In this document: positions 38,790-47,655 of the stretch, piece by piece
Position numbering within the stretch: the stretch's first letter is position 1
Layout: the number at the start of each line of letters is the position of its first letter
NCBI GenBank assembly: GCA_045648925.1
Contig: JAZROY010000001.1
Coordinates: forward strand, 88,618-152,617
Origin: Candidatus Enterousia sp.
GTDB lineage: Bacteria > Pseudomonadota > Alphaproteobacteria > Rs-D84
Reading direction: 5' to 3'
Length of the DNA: 64,000 nt
Position numbers and translations under genes: made by a program
Notes under the pieces: generated by a model
The model's database searches: none
Seen by the model: only the letters and a program-made list of their open reading frames with translations
Told to the model about the DNA's origin: nothing

Positions 38790-40541
38790 ATGGTAAAAGT
38801 AAAAGAAAAAATCGCAGATAAACCTGCACACGAAAATGATAATAATGATGAAAAAATATATTTTATGGCTCTTGGCGGACTGGAACATGTCGGTCAAAAT
38901 ATGTATATCTATAAATACAAGGGTAAATATTTAGTTGTTGATTGTGGTATGGGTTTCTTGGAAGAAGAAATCGGTGCTGGCGATGTTCAATATTGTGATA
39001 CAACTTGGCTTGAAAAGCATAAAAAAGATGTTGTTGCCTTTGTTATGACACACGGTCACGAAGACCATATTGGTGCATTAAAATACATTTGGCCAAAGTT
39101 TAGGAAACCAATTTATTGCACGCGTTTCCCGGCGGAAATTTTGCGCAGAACATTTAATGGTCTGGAAATGGATTACAACCCAGAAAAAGATATTATTGAA
39201 TTTGATGCGGCGGGTACAACATTAAACCTGGACCCATTTGTGGTTGAAACCTTCCATGTTTCCCACTCTATCCCAGAGGCACAAATGTTAATTATAAAAA
39301 CACCGGCTGGAAAAATTTTGCACACAGGCGATTGGACTTTTAATGATGACAACCCAATCGAACCGGGTACAGATTATGCGAGATTAAAAGAAATCGGTTC
39401 TGACCCCGAACTTTTGGCATGCGTTTGTGATTCTACATCATCCGAAAGACAGACACCACAAACAACAGAAATTCAGGTTCGCGATTCATTAACCGAAATT
39501 ATGAAAAAAGCCCCAGGTCGCGTATTTGTGACCGGCTATTCCAGAAGTTTGGCACGCATCAAGATGTTCGCAGAGGCAGCACATGCCGCGGGACGAGTTG
39601 CCGCAATTAAAGAACGCAGTAATCCAAACCCTGTGCCTTATGTGGGATTACCAGAATTTCGTGAAATTGGTATCGAATACGGATATCTTAACCAAAATGA
39701 TGTTTTAACATTTGAAGAAATCAAAGATTTGCCTGCGGAAAAACAAGCCGTGTTTTTAACTGGTTCCCAGGGTGAAAAATTTGCTATGTTAACCCGCCTT
39801 TGCAATGGGCATGTCAAAGAATTAAAGTTATTGCCAACTGATACTGTGATATTTAGCGCCATTATCATCCCAGGACGCGAACAAGATGTTTCTTATCTTT
39901 ATAACAAATTGGCGCGCATGGGTATCAAAACATACACTATATTTGACACAGACCATATTCACGCAAGTGGACATGCTGGACGACCAGAGTTTGAAAAATT
40001 CTATGATATGGTTCATCCCCAGGTTTCAATACCAATGCACGGGGAATACATTTCTGAAATGTTAAATGGGAAAATGGCAATGGAACGCGGTGGCGCAAAA
40101 CATATGATGATTGTCCATAATGGTGATATGATTGCACTGAAAAACGGCGAAGAACCATATGTATGCGAATCTATACCAACCGGCTTTGTCGTCATGGAAG
40201 GCGAAACCGAACGCAGCGCCGATGACCAGGTTTATAAAAATCGTAAAAAAATCGCATCAAACGGGGCTATATTTGTGACTTTGCCAATTGACAAGAAAGG
40301 TTTCTTGAAAGGTGTGCCAGAGGTTTCAAGTGCCGGTATCTTTGAATCTGATGATACAGGTTTTATGAAACGTCAGATTCAAATTGAAATCACTAATGCG
40401 ATTGATAAACTAACAAAAACAGAACGAAAAAGCCAAGACAACCTTTATAAAGCGGTTCAAGTAGCATCGAACAAGGTTGTTCGTGCAGCATTGGGTGCCG
40501 ATAAAAAACCACAATACAATGTTCATTTTGTGATGAAATAA
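38790..40541 (+). CDS. rnj: Ribonuclease J
   Basis: ALGGLEHVGQNM, THGHEDHIG, HSIPE, HTGDW, GSQGE, HASGH, PMHGE. Confidence 0.95.
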   Translation: MVKVKEKIADKPAHENDNNDEKIYFMALGGLEHVGQNMYIYKYKGKYLVVDCGMGFLEEEIGAGDVQYCDTTWLEKHKKDVVAFVMTHGHEDHIGALKYIWPKFRKPIYCTRFPAEILRRTFNGLEMDYNPEKDIIEFDAAGTTLNLDPFVVETFHVSHSIPEAQMLIIKTPAGKILHTGDWTFNDDNPIEPGTDYARLKEIGSDPELLACVCDSTSSERQTPQTTEIQVRDSLTEIMKKAPGRVFVTGYSRSLARIKMFAEAAHAAGRVAAIKERSNPNPVPYVGLPEFREIGIEYGYLNQNDVLTFEEIKDLPAEKQAVFLTGSQGEKFAMLTRLCNGHVKELKLLPTDTVIFSAIIIPGREQDVSYLYNKLARMGIKTYTIFDTDHIHASGHAGRPEFEKFYDMVHPQVSIPMHGEYISEMLNGKMAMERGGAKHMMIVHNGDMIALKNGEEPYVCESIPTGFVVMEGETERSADDQVYKNRKKIASNGAIFVTLPIDKKGFLKGVPEVSSAGIFESDDTGFMKRQIQIEITNAIDKLTKTERKSQDNLYKAVQVASNKVVRAALGADKKPQYNVHFVMK

Positions 40542-40569
40542 AAACCGCCCCAAACGGGGCGATTTTTTC

Positions 40570-40690
40570 TTGCATTTCTTAAAAAAATATGTAGAATACG
40601 CCTTGCTGGATAACCAGAACTGATTAATCGACGGTGTCTTTTGGTCCCGTTTGAGATAAGGATTCTGATGAAAGTTCGGCACAATAAAAA
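40570..40690 (+). promoter_or_regulatory. rpsD promoter and structured leader
   Basis: TTGCAT-16-TAGAAT; CTGG/CCAG, GAACT/AGTTC and GACGG/CCGTT pairings. Confidence 0.45.
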
Positions 40691-40711
40691 CCAAAACAAA
40701 AGGATAATAAA

Positions 40712-41344
40712 ATGGCAAGAGCTGGTGCAAAACGTAGCACTCGTAAATTAAAGATTGGACGTTCACTCGGTTGCAATCTTTGGGGTCAGGCAAAATCCCC
40801 ATTTAATAAACGCAAATATAAACCTGGTCAACACGGACCAACTTCACGTGGGTCTTCTTCGTCTGATTACGCAAAACAGATGCGCGCAAAACAGACATTA
40901 AAAGGTTATTATGGTAATATTGGCGAAAAGAAATTCTATGCTTATTACAAAGAAGCAGATAATATGAAAGGCGACACACCAGATAATTTAATTGGTTTGT
41001 TGGAAAGACGCTTGGATGCAGTTGTATATCGTTCTAAATTGGCACCAACTGTGTTCTCTGCCCGTCAATTGGTCAGCCATGGTCACATTTATGTTAACGG
41101 GAAACGCGTTAAAATTGCTTCTTACCGCGTGAATCCTGGCGATGTTATCACAGTCAGCGAGAAAGCAAAACAAATGCCTTTGGTGGTGTTGGCACTTGAA
41201 TCTGGCGAACGCAATTTTCCAGATTATATCACTGTGGACAGCAATGCTTTCACAGCAACATATACCCGTGTTCCAGCATTTGAAGATGTTCCATATCCTG
41301 TGCAAATGTTCCCAGAATTGGTCGTCGAATTCTATTCTCGTTAA
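40712..41344 (+). CDS. rpsD: 30S ribosomal protein S4
   Basis: PGQHG, LERRLDAVVYR, ARQLVSHGHI, LVVEFYSR. Confidence 0.97.
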   Translation: MARAGAKRSTRKLKIGRSLGCNLWGQAKSPFNKRKYKPGQHGPTSRGSSSSDYAKQMRAKQTLKGYYGNIGEKKFYAYYKEADNMKGDTPDNLIGLLERRLDAVVYRSKLAPTVFSARQLVSHGHIYVNGKRVKIASYRVNPGDVITVSEKAKQMPLVVLALESGERNFPDYITVDSNAFTATYTRVPAFEDVPYPVQMFPELVVEFYSR

Positions 41345-41362
41345 TAAAAAACAGAACAGATT

Positions 41363-41391
41363 TAAAATCCCACGTTCTGTGGGATTTTTTT
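41363..41391 (+). terminator. rpsD terminator
   Basis: AAAATCCCAC-GTTCT-GTGGGATTTTTT. Confidence 0.7.
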
Positions 41392-41446
41392 ATTGAAATC
41401 GCAACGGCAAAAGTGTTATTATTTGTCTGATAAAAAGGGTAAAAAA

Positions 41447-42442
41447 ATGAGTGATGATAAAATTGTTTTAACAGGTATCAAACCAACTGGCACACCACAT
41501 ATTGGCAACTATATTGGTGCGTTAAAGCCATTGATTGATATGTCGCAAAACCATAAAACTTTTATGTTCATCGCAGATTTACATGCCCTTAACAGTATAC
41601 ATGATGCAAAAGAAATAAAAAAACATACCTATGAAATTGCCGCGCTGATGATTGCGATGGGATTAAATCTTGAAAACACTATTTTATTTCGTCAATCAGA
41701 TATCAATGAAATATACCAATTAACCGAATTTTTAATGAATGTCACACCAAAGGGATTGATGAACCGCGCACATTCTTACAAGGCGATGGTTGAAAAAAAC
41801 ACAGAATCTGGGATTGATATAGATTCTGGGATAAATATGGGGTTGTATACTTATCCTGTATTAATGGCGGCTGATATTTTGCTTTACAATTCTGATATTG
41901 TTCCGGTTGGCAAAGATCAAAAGCAACATGTTGAATTTGCACGCGATATTGCTGGATATTTTAATAATATTTATGGTGAAACATTTAAATTACCAGAACC
42001 AATAATTGGCGAAGATTGCGGATTAATTCCGGGGCTGGACGGTCGCAAGATGAGCAAATCTTATGATAACACCATCCCCCTGCTTTGCCCAAGCAATGAA
42101 TTAAAAAAGAAAGTTATGCGTATTATCACAGATTCAAAAACACCCGAAGAATCAAAAAATCCGGACGAATCTACGATATTTCAAATGTATTCGCACTTTG
42201 CCAGTGCCGATGAAATCGCGGCATTGCGTAAACGGTTTTTAGATGGTGGCATGGGATACGGCGAAGCAAAAACGATATTATTCGATAAAATAGATTCTAT
42301 ACTAAGTGAACCACGCAAAAAGTACGAACATTTGATGGCTAATCCATCTGAAATTGATACAATATTAAATCAAGGTGCAGAACGCGCACGCGTTGTGGCG
42401 GCGCGCACACTGACCAAAGTAAAAAAGAAAATGTTAGGTTAA
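41447..42442 (+). CDS. trpS: Tryptophan--tRNA ligase
   Basis: TGIKPTG.PHIGN, YPVLMAADIL, VPVGKDQKQH, KMSKS. Confidence 0.97.
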   Translation: MSDDKIVLTGIKPTGTPHIGNYIGALKPLIDMSQNHKTFMFIADLHALNSIHDAKEIKKHTYEIAALMIAMGLNLENTILFRQSDINEIYQLTEFLMNVTPKGLMNRAHSYKAMVEKNTESGIDIDSGINMGLYTYPVLMAADILLYNSDIVPVGKDQKQHVEFARDIAGYFNNIYGETFKLPEPIIGEDCGLIPGLDGRKMSKSYDNTIPLLCPSNELKKKVMRIITDSKTPEESKNPDESTIFQMYSHFASADEIAALRKRFLDGGMGYGEAKTILFDKIDSILSEPRKKYEHLMANPSEIDTILNQGAERARVVAARTLTKVKKKMLG

Positions 42443-42461
42443 ATAAAAATGGAGAGAGAAA

Positions 42462-43202
42462 ATGAAAAGAACACTTGCGTTAACAACTGTTATTATTGGT
42501 GCAGCGGCTATATTGGATTTGGTTTTTGGTGTATTTGAAAAACCAAAGGAAATTCGAAAAATAAATGTTAGTGGCGAATGTTTGACATCTGTTCCAAAAG
42601 ACAGAACTGCGATTACTTTGCGTGTCACAACACTCGATAAAAATGCTGCAACTTCTATGCGTTTGGCTACCGAGAAAATGGCACAAATCACAGATTACCT
42701 GAAAACAATTGATGTTAAAATGCAGACGACTGAATTCAATTCTTATGAAAAAACAAGATGGAATCGCGCATTGGAGCAAGATGAAAACCTTGGGACAGAA
42801 ACAAGAATCGCGGTTGAAGTTTCTGCATCAAATCCAGAATTGATTGAATCTGTTTTGAATAAATACGCAGGTCAGGAAAATGTTTATACCGAAAATTTCC
42901 GTATGTTCACAAGTTCTGAGGCATTAAAACCAGTAATGGACAAATGTCTGGGGGCTGCAGTTATTGATGCACGCGCACGCGCAAATGCGCTGGTAAAGGA
43001 TGATGGATTAAAGGCAGGAAAACTATTAAATGTATCTTATGGAAATGTGTCTTATAACGAAAGACCAACTGCTAATTACAGAGTCATGAGTGCCAAAATG
43101 GCAATGGGTGCAATGGAAGAATCTATGGACACAGGTGGCAGTTTGGTTTCCAAAGATACAGAAATCACAGTCACTGTATCTGCAACTTTTGAAATAAAAT
43201 GA
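42462..43202 (+). CDS. SIMPL (DUF541) domain protein
   Basis: N-terminal anchor; INVSGE...VPKD, AVIDARARA, EITVTVSATFEI. Confidence 0.8.
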   Translation: MKRTLALTTVIIGAAAILDLVFGVFEKPKEIRKINVSGECLTSVPKDRTAITLRVTTLDKNAATSMRLATEKMAQITDYLKTIDVKMQTTEFNSYEKTRWNRALEQDENLGTETRIAVEVSASNPELIESVLNKYAGQENVYTENFRMFTSSEALKPVMDKCLGAAVIDARARANALVKDDGLKAGKLLNVSYGNVSYNERPTANYRVMSAKMAMGAMEESMDTGGSLVSKDTEITVTVSATFEIK

Positions 43203-44113
43203 ACGAAACAATTGCCGAATTTATAGATTATCTGTTGAATACGAAAAACTATTCAACACATACGGCTACGGCATACGAAACTGATATTCGTGATTTTATA
43301 AAATTTATTGCGCGTTTCGGCGATACCGCAGAACTCAGCGATATTGCACATGCCGATACTTTTGCTTTTCGTGGCTGGCTGGCAGACCGTGCAAAGCGCG
43401 AATTAACACACAAATCAACTGCGCGGGCTTTATCATCTTTGCGTACTTTCTATAAATGGCTTGGGCGATATAAAAATATTCAAAATGATGCGATTGGCCT
43501 TATATCTTCGCCAAAGGTGGAACGCAAATTATCAAAAGCAATCGAAACCACAGATGTTTCAGATATGCATGGTGCAATTCGCGCAATAGATATGAACGAA
43601 CCATGGATTGCGGCACGCGATTGGGCGCTGGTAGTTTTAATTTTTGGATGCGGTTTGCGTATAAGCGAAGCATTATCATTAAAAAATCGCGATGTTATGG
43701 GCGCGCCAGAGTCATTGCGCATAATCGGTAAAGGGAATAAAGAACGAATTGTTCCTGTATTACCGGCGGTTAATACGGCAATCGAAAAGTACATGAAAAT
43801 AAATCCGTTTGGTATGCGCGCGGAAGAACCATTATTTCGAAGTGTTCGCGGATTACCAATGTCATCGCGGATGGCAGAAAAAGTAATTGAAAATCTGCGC
43901 CATTATTTACAATTACCAGATTATGTAACACCACATGCTTTGCGACATACTTTTGCGACCGCCCTGCTGGCTGGTGGCGCAGATTTACGCAGTTTACAAG
44001 AATTATTGGGTCACGCATCGTTATCCACAACTCAACTTTATACCAAGGTCAATATGGCAGAGATTATGGAAGCATATAAACATGCACATCCATTAGCAAA
44101 TAGCGATGATTAA
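43199..44113 (+). CDS. xerC: Tyrosine recombinase XerC
   Basis: YSTHT..AY..D, GLRISE, GKGNKERIVP, TPHALRHTFAT, LLGHASLSTTQLYT. Confidence 0.88.
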   Translation: MNETIAEFIDYLLNTKNYSTHTATAYETDIRDFIKFIARFGDTAELSDIAHADTFAFRGWLADRAKRELTHKSTARALSSLRTFYKWLGRYKNIQNDAIGLISSPKVERKLSKAIETTDVSDMHGAIRAIDMNEPWIAARDWALVVLIFGCGLRISEALSLKNRDVMGAPESLRIIGKGNKERIVPVLPAVNTAIEKYMKINPFGMRAEEPLFRSVRGLPMSSRMAEKVIENLRHYLQLPDYVTPHALRHTFATALLAGGADLRSLQELLGHASLSTTQLYTKVNMAEIMEAYKHAHPLANSDD

Positions 44114-44140
44114 AAAAAACCGCCAAATCGGCGGTTTTTA
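44113..44140. terminator. Bidirectional intrinsic terminator
   Basis: AAAAACCGCC-AAATC-GGCGGTTTTT. Confidence 0.7.
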
Positions 44141-44142
44141 AA

Positions 44143-44487
44143 TTATTTTTTCCAAAAAGCGAATCCAGAACGTTTTTCACGATGTTTTTCCCTAGATTTT
44201 CTTTCTTCGCGTGCGCGTCTGCGTTCTGCGCGCCGTTCTTGGAATCTTTTTGCAGCTTCTTCATCCCTTTGAATCAATTTCAATGTTGTCACAGATAATT
44301 TACCGTTTCTTACCTCCTCTTCGAATTCAACAATATCATTTTCGTTCAAAAAACGAATATCTGCCGCCTTTAATGCAGAAGAATGAACGAATACATCATC
44401 TGTATTTCCATCTTCGTTTGGTGTATCTGGCGCAATAAAACCAAAGCACTTTTTACTGTTATACCATTTAACCTTTCCTTGACGCAT
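44143..44487 (-). CDS. Cold-shock domain protein with charged C-terminal extension
   Basis: GKVKWYN..K.FGFI, DVFVHSS. Confidence 0.9.
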   Translation of the reverse strand: MRQGKVKWYNSKKCFGFIAPDTPNEDGNTDDVFVHSSALKAADIRFLNENDIVEFEEEVRNGKLSVTTLKLIQRDEEAAKRFQERRAERRRAREERKSREKHREKRSGFAFWKK

Positions 44488-44603
44488 AATTAAATCCTTT
44501 CCTATGCTTGTTATGGTTATTGTAAAACCCATCAATAACCTGATTTTATTTTACATCAATTGCGCACAAAAACGCAAGTGAATATAATAGGAAAAACGAT
44601 ACA

Positions 44604-46010
44604 TTACTTTTTGTAATAGCGCTGCAATTCTTTCATAATAAATTCAAAGAATTTGCCCGCCATCGTATCTGTCTTTACATCCCAATTAGCATGAGAATAT
44701 GGCATCGCAGTCACAAGTATGAATTTTGCCATCCATCTGAAAATACGAATTTCTTGGTCGCGTGTTAATTTTGCAGGCGCATTTTCGACATAAAAAACTT
44801 CGTTTTCCACAGCGGTATCAACCTTGCCCATAATAACATCTACAATTTTTTGCGGATAATACACAGTTGATATTTTCGGGAATCCTTCAAAAAGCATATC
44901 TTCATTGCCATCACTATATAAAATGTTCCAGCCTATTCTGTCAAATAATCCTTCGACACAATCACAAATCATCAAATTGTATGTTTTAACGCCTTCGATA
45001 TGCAAACTTTCTGTATGCATTGATACAGATGCCACAGTATTCGCTTTTTTACTTTTTTTGTTTTCAACACCGCGTGCTTTTTCATAAGCCATATGTGTTC
45101 TGTGTTCATATTCAAAAAAAGTTCTAACCTGACAAATAATTTCCATTGGGATTATTTTACCATCACGACCAATATTTATAATTAACTTTGCATCCCTGTA
45201 TCCGCGTGGGTTGGTGATATCAAAAAATTTATCGCGCACAGCAATAATTTTATCAGGCCACATCTTGTTTATGCGTTCAATAAATGTTCGTGCCTGGGGC
45301 ACCAAATCAAACAAACATTTTATGCGCCATACATCTTCCAATCGCGCATAAGGTGTCCGAATTTTATCCAAAGCGCGCACAAGATTCGCAGCAATCTTTT
45401 GATGTCTGCAACCGATTATACCAAGCACTGTGGACGAAGCATCTGTAATAAAAGATTTTGAAAAAACTTCTATAATCTTATCGTGTACCGCCTGGGCAGC
45501 GGCAACCCGTTCTGTCTTTGAAATCACATTATATGCAGTTTGTGCAACTTCGTTGATATAATCTTTGTAATATTTTCCTGTGATTTTATCCACCGCGCGT
45601 GAAACACTTTTTTGCGCACCAACAATAACCGTCACAATTGACGATACCGCTAGGTCTATTTTATGTCCTTGGGTTGATACGAAAAACTGATTACGCATTG
45701 GGTCTGCATCCAGACGATGATTGACCACATATGGTTCCAATGGATTAATATCTGGAATCGTTATCTGGGTACGCAAAGCCGTATCTTTTTCATAATCATA
45801 AACATGCACAGCCGCCTTTGGCGCGCCGAAACATTTGCCGATAGACATAAATACTTCGCGAAACCAATTCATAGAATCAGAATAAAGGTTTGTTAAATAT
45901 TTATGCGTCGCTTCATCTATGCGACCTGATTTCAACGCATTATCCAAATATTCCAGATTTTCTTCATCATGTAATTTGGTTGTGGCAACAACATCTTTGG
46001 CGGGCGGCAT
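44604..46010 (-). CDS. Divergent RelA/SpoT-like nucleotidyltransferase domain protein
   Basis: KSVSRAVDK, LEDVWRIK, RDKF..NPRGYRD, MEIICQVRT, HMAYEK. Confidence 0.55.
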   Translation of the reverse strand: MPPAKDVVATTKLHDEENLEYLDNALKSGRIDEATHKYLTNLYSDSMNWFREVFMSIGKCFGAPKAAVHVYDYEKDTALRTQITIPDINPLEPYVVNHRLDADPMRNQFFVSTQGHKIDLAVSSIVTVIVGAQKSVSRAVDKITGKYYKDYINEVAQTAYNVISKTERVAAAQAVHDKIIEVFSKSFITDASSTVLGIIGCRHQKIAANLVRALDKIRTPYARLEDVWRIKCLFDLVPQARTFIERINKMWPDKIIAVRDKFFDITNPRGYRDAKLIINIGRDGKIIPMEIICQVRTFFEYEHRTHMAYEKARGVENKKSKKANTVASVSMHTESLHIEGVKTYNLMICDCVEGLFDRIGWNILYSDGNEDMLFEGFPKISTVYYPQKIVDVIMGKVDTAVENEVFYVENAPAKLTRDQEIRIFRWMAKFILVTAMPYSHANWDVKTDTMAGKFFEFIMKELQRYYKK

Positions 46011-46021
46011 TTTTTAACCTT

Positions 46022-47488
46022 TTATTTCATCATTGGGAACAAGATTACATCGCGCAAGGTTGGCTGGTCAAAAACAATACATGCCAATCTGTCTATGCCG
46101 ACACCCACACCAGAAATTGGTGGAAAACCATGTTCCATTGCACGCACGAAATCATTATCTGGATTAAAAGCTTCTTCGTCACCATCTGCAATATTTTTTG
46201 CTTGTTCTTCAAAAGCATGTAATTGTTGAATTGGGTTTACCAACTCGGAATAACCCTTGCTTAATTCTGCACCAGCAACCAACAATTGATACATATCCAA
46301 ACATCTGTCGTCTTTATCATTATGACGCGCCAATGGCACCATATATGTCGGATAATTATAAAGGAATGTCGGTTGAATAATCTTGTCACGAATCTTGCGT
46401 TTATAGACATAATCAACCAGTGTCGGCAAAGATTTTAAATCTTCCAATTCTGACATTGGGAACATACCTTCATCAACTAACTTTTGACGCAAAGTATCAA
46501 CATTGTCAAAGTCCAAAATATTACAACCGAAAAATTCGTTCATTTTCGCAGTGTAATCAATCATTTCGTATTTCGAAAAATCTAACTTGGTTCCTTGGTA
46601 TTCAATCTGCAATGTTCCACGCGCTTTTTGAATCAGGTTTTGAACCAAAGCCCATGTAAATTCAATATTCTTTTTATAATCCCAATATGCCGCATACCAT
46701 TCAATCATAGTAAATTCTTGAAGATGCATCGCATCCATACCTTCGTTTCTGAAATCTTTGGCAACTTCATAAACCTTGTCAAAGCCGGCACCGATTGCTT
46801 CCTTTAAAAATAATTCTGGGGAAATACGCAACTGAAAATCTATATCCAAAGCATTATGGTGCGTCATAAATGGTCTTGCCGCAGCACCAGAAGCAACATT
46901 TTGCATAATCGGTGTTTCGATTTCCAAGAACCCATGTTCATTCATAAATTCACGCAAATTTTGGGTCATTTTGAAACGACCAAGCAAAGCATTTCTTGAT
47001 TCAGGATTAGAAATTACATCCAAATATCTTTGGCGATAACGCGTTTCCATATCGGTCAGCCCGTGATACTTTTCAGGCAACGGGCGCAAGGCCTTGGACA
47101 ATATAACATAATTCGATACCCGCACAGTTAATTCACCCGCAGTAGTGTGGTAAAGCGTCCCGGTAATTCCGATAAAATCCCCAAGGTCTACATTGGCTTT
47201 CATAAACTTATAATTTTCTTCGCCCAATTCTTCGCGGGACATAGAAAATTGAATTTCGCCTTCGATATCATAAATGCGACCAAACATTAATTTGCCCAAC
47301 CAACGAAGCGCTGTAACACGACCAGCCAACACCACAGGTGTTTCATCAGCCAATTCGCGCGCATCTTTGATAGTATGAGAACGTTCAAATTTATCTTTCC
47401 AAACGACACCATCGCGTTTTTTAATATTTTCAACTTTTTGTAATCTGGCCTGTAATTCGTTTGTAGATATATTTGTATTTTCTGACAT
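46022..47488 (-). CDS. lysS: Lysine--tRNA ligase (class II)
   Basis: KALRPLPEK, RYRQRYLD, GAAARPF.THHN, LRISPEL, FRNEG, EFTMIEWY, G.GIDRL. Confidence 0.97.
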   Translation of the reverse strand: MSENTNISTNELQARLQKVENIKKRDGVVWKDKFERSHTIKDARELADETPVVLAGRVTALRWLGKLMFGRIYDIEGEIQFSMSREELGEENYKFMKANVDLGDFIGITGTLYHTTAGELTVRVSNYVILSKALRPLPEKYHGLTDMETRYRQRYLDVISNPESRNALLGRFKMTQNLREFMNEHGFLEIETPIMQNVASGAAARPFMTHHNALDIDFQLRISPELFLKEAIGAGFDKVYEVAKDFRNEGMDAMHLQEFTMIEWYAAYWDYKKNIEFTWALVQNLIQKARGTLQIEYQGTKLDFSKYEMIDYTAKMNEFFGCNILDFDNVDTLRQKLVDEGMFPMSELEDLKSLPTLVDYVYKRKIRDKIIQPTFLYNYPTYMVPLARHNDKDDRCLDMYQLLVAGAELSKGYSELVNPIQQLHAFEEQAKNIADGDEEAFNPDNDFVRAMEHGFPPISGVGVGIDRLACIVFDQPTLRDVILFPMMK

Positions 47489-47514
47489 TTCTGTTTCCTT
47501 TTTTGGTTTATTAT

Positions 47515-47570
47515 AAAAAAACGGACACATAAAAGATGCGTCCGTCAAATTTGTTTGATGGTCGCACCCT
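47515..47570 (-). promoter_or_regulatory. Attenuator: overlapping antiterminator and terminator hairpins
   Basis: Terminator ACGGACGCAU-CUUUU-AUGUGUCCGU-U6; alternative stem AGGGUGCG.CC.UCAAA/UUUGA.GG.CGCAUCUU. Confidence 0.7.
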
Positions 47571-47599
47571 TAATTGTAAGATTTTTTTATCAATTTCAT
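47570..47599 (-). CDS. Putative lysS leader peptide MKLIKKSYN
   Basis: ATG AAA TTG ATA AAA AAA TCT TAC AAT TAA; 3 Lys codons; the stop abuts the antiterminator arm. Confidence 0.55.
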   Translation of the reverse strand: MKLIKKSYN

Positions 47600-47655
47600 G
47601 TTCAATTACTTCTTTCGGCAACCATTATAATCAAAAGAATTTAAAAGTCCAGTAA

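Noticed and set aside
40655-40680. Hammerhead ribozyme core (CTGATGA)
   Set aside because: No stem II between CUGAUGA and GAAA, and no matching stems I and III.
43199-44113. Prophage or ICE integrase
   Set aside because: Size and motifs fit chromosomal XerC; it is operonic with housekeeping genes and has no cargo or att sites.
47560-47580. T-box riboswitch upstream of lysS (AATTAAGGGTGCGACC resembles AGGGTGGNACC)
   Set aside because: The UGGN needed to pair with tRNA NCCA is absent (UGCG), and the leader is too short for stem I. A leader-peptide model fits better.
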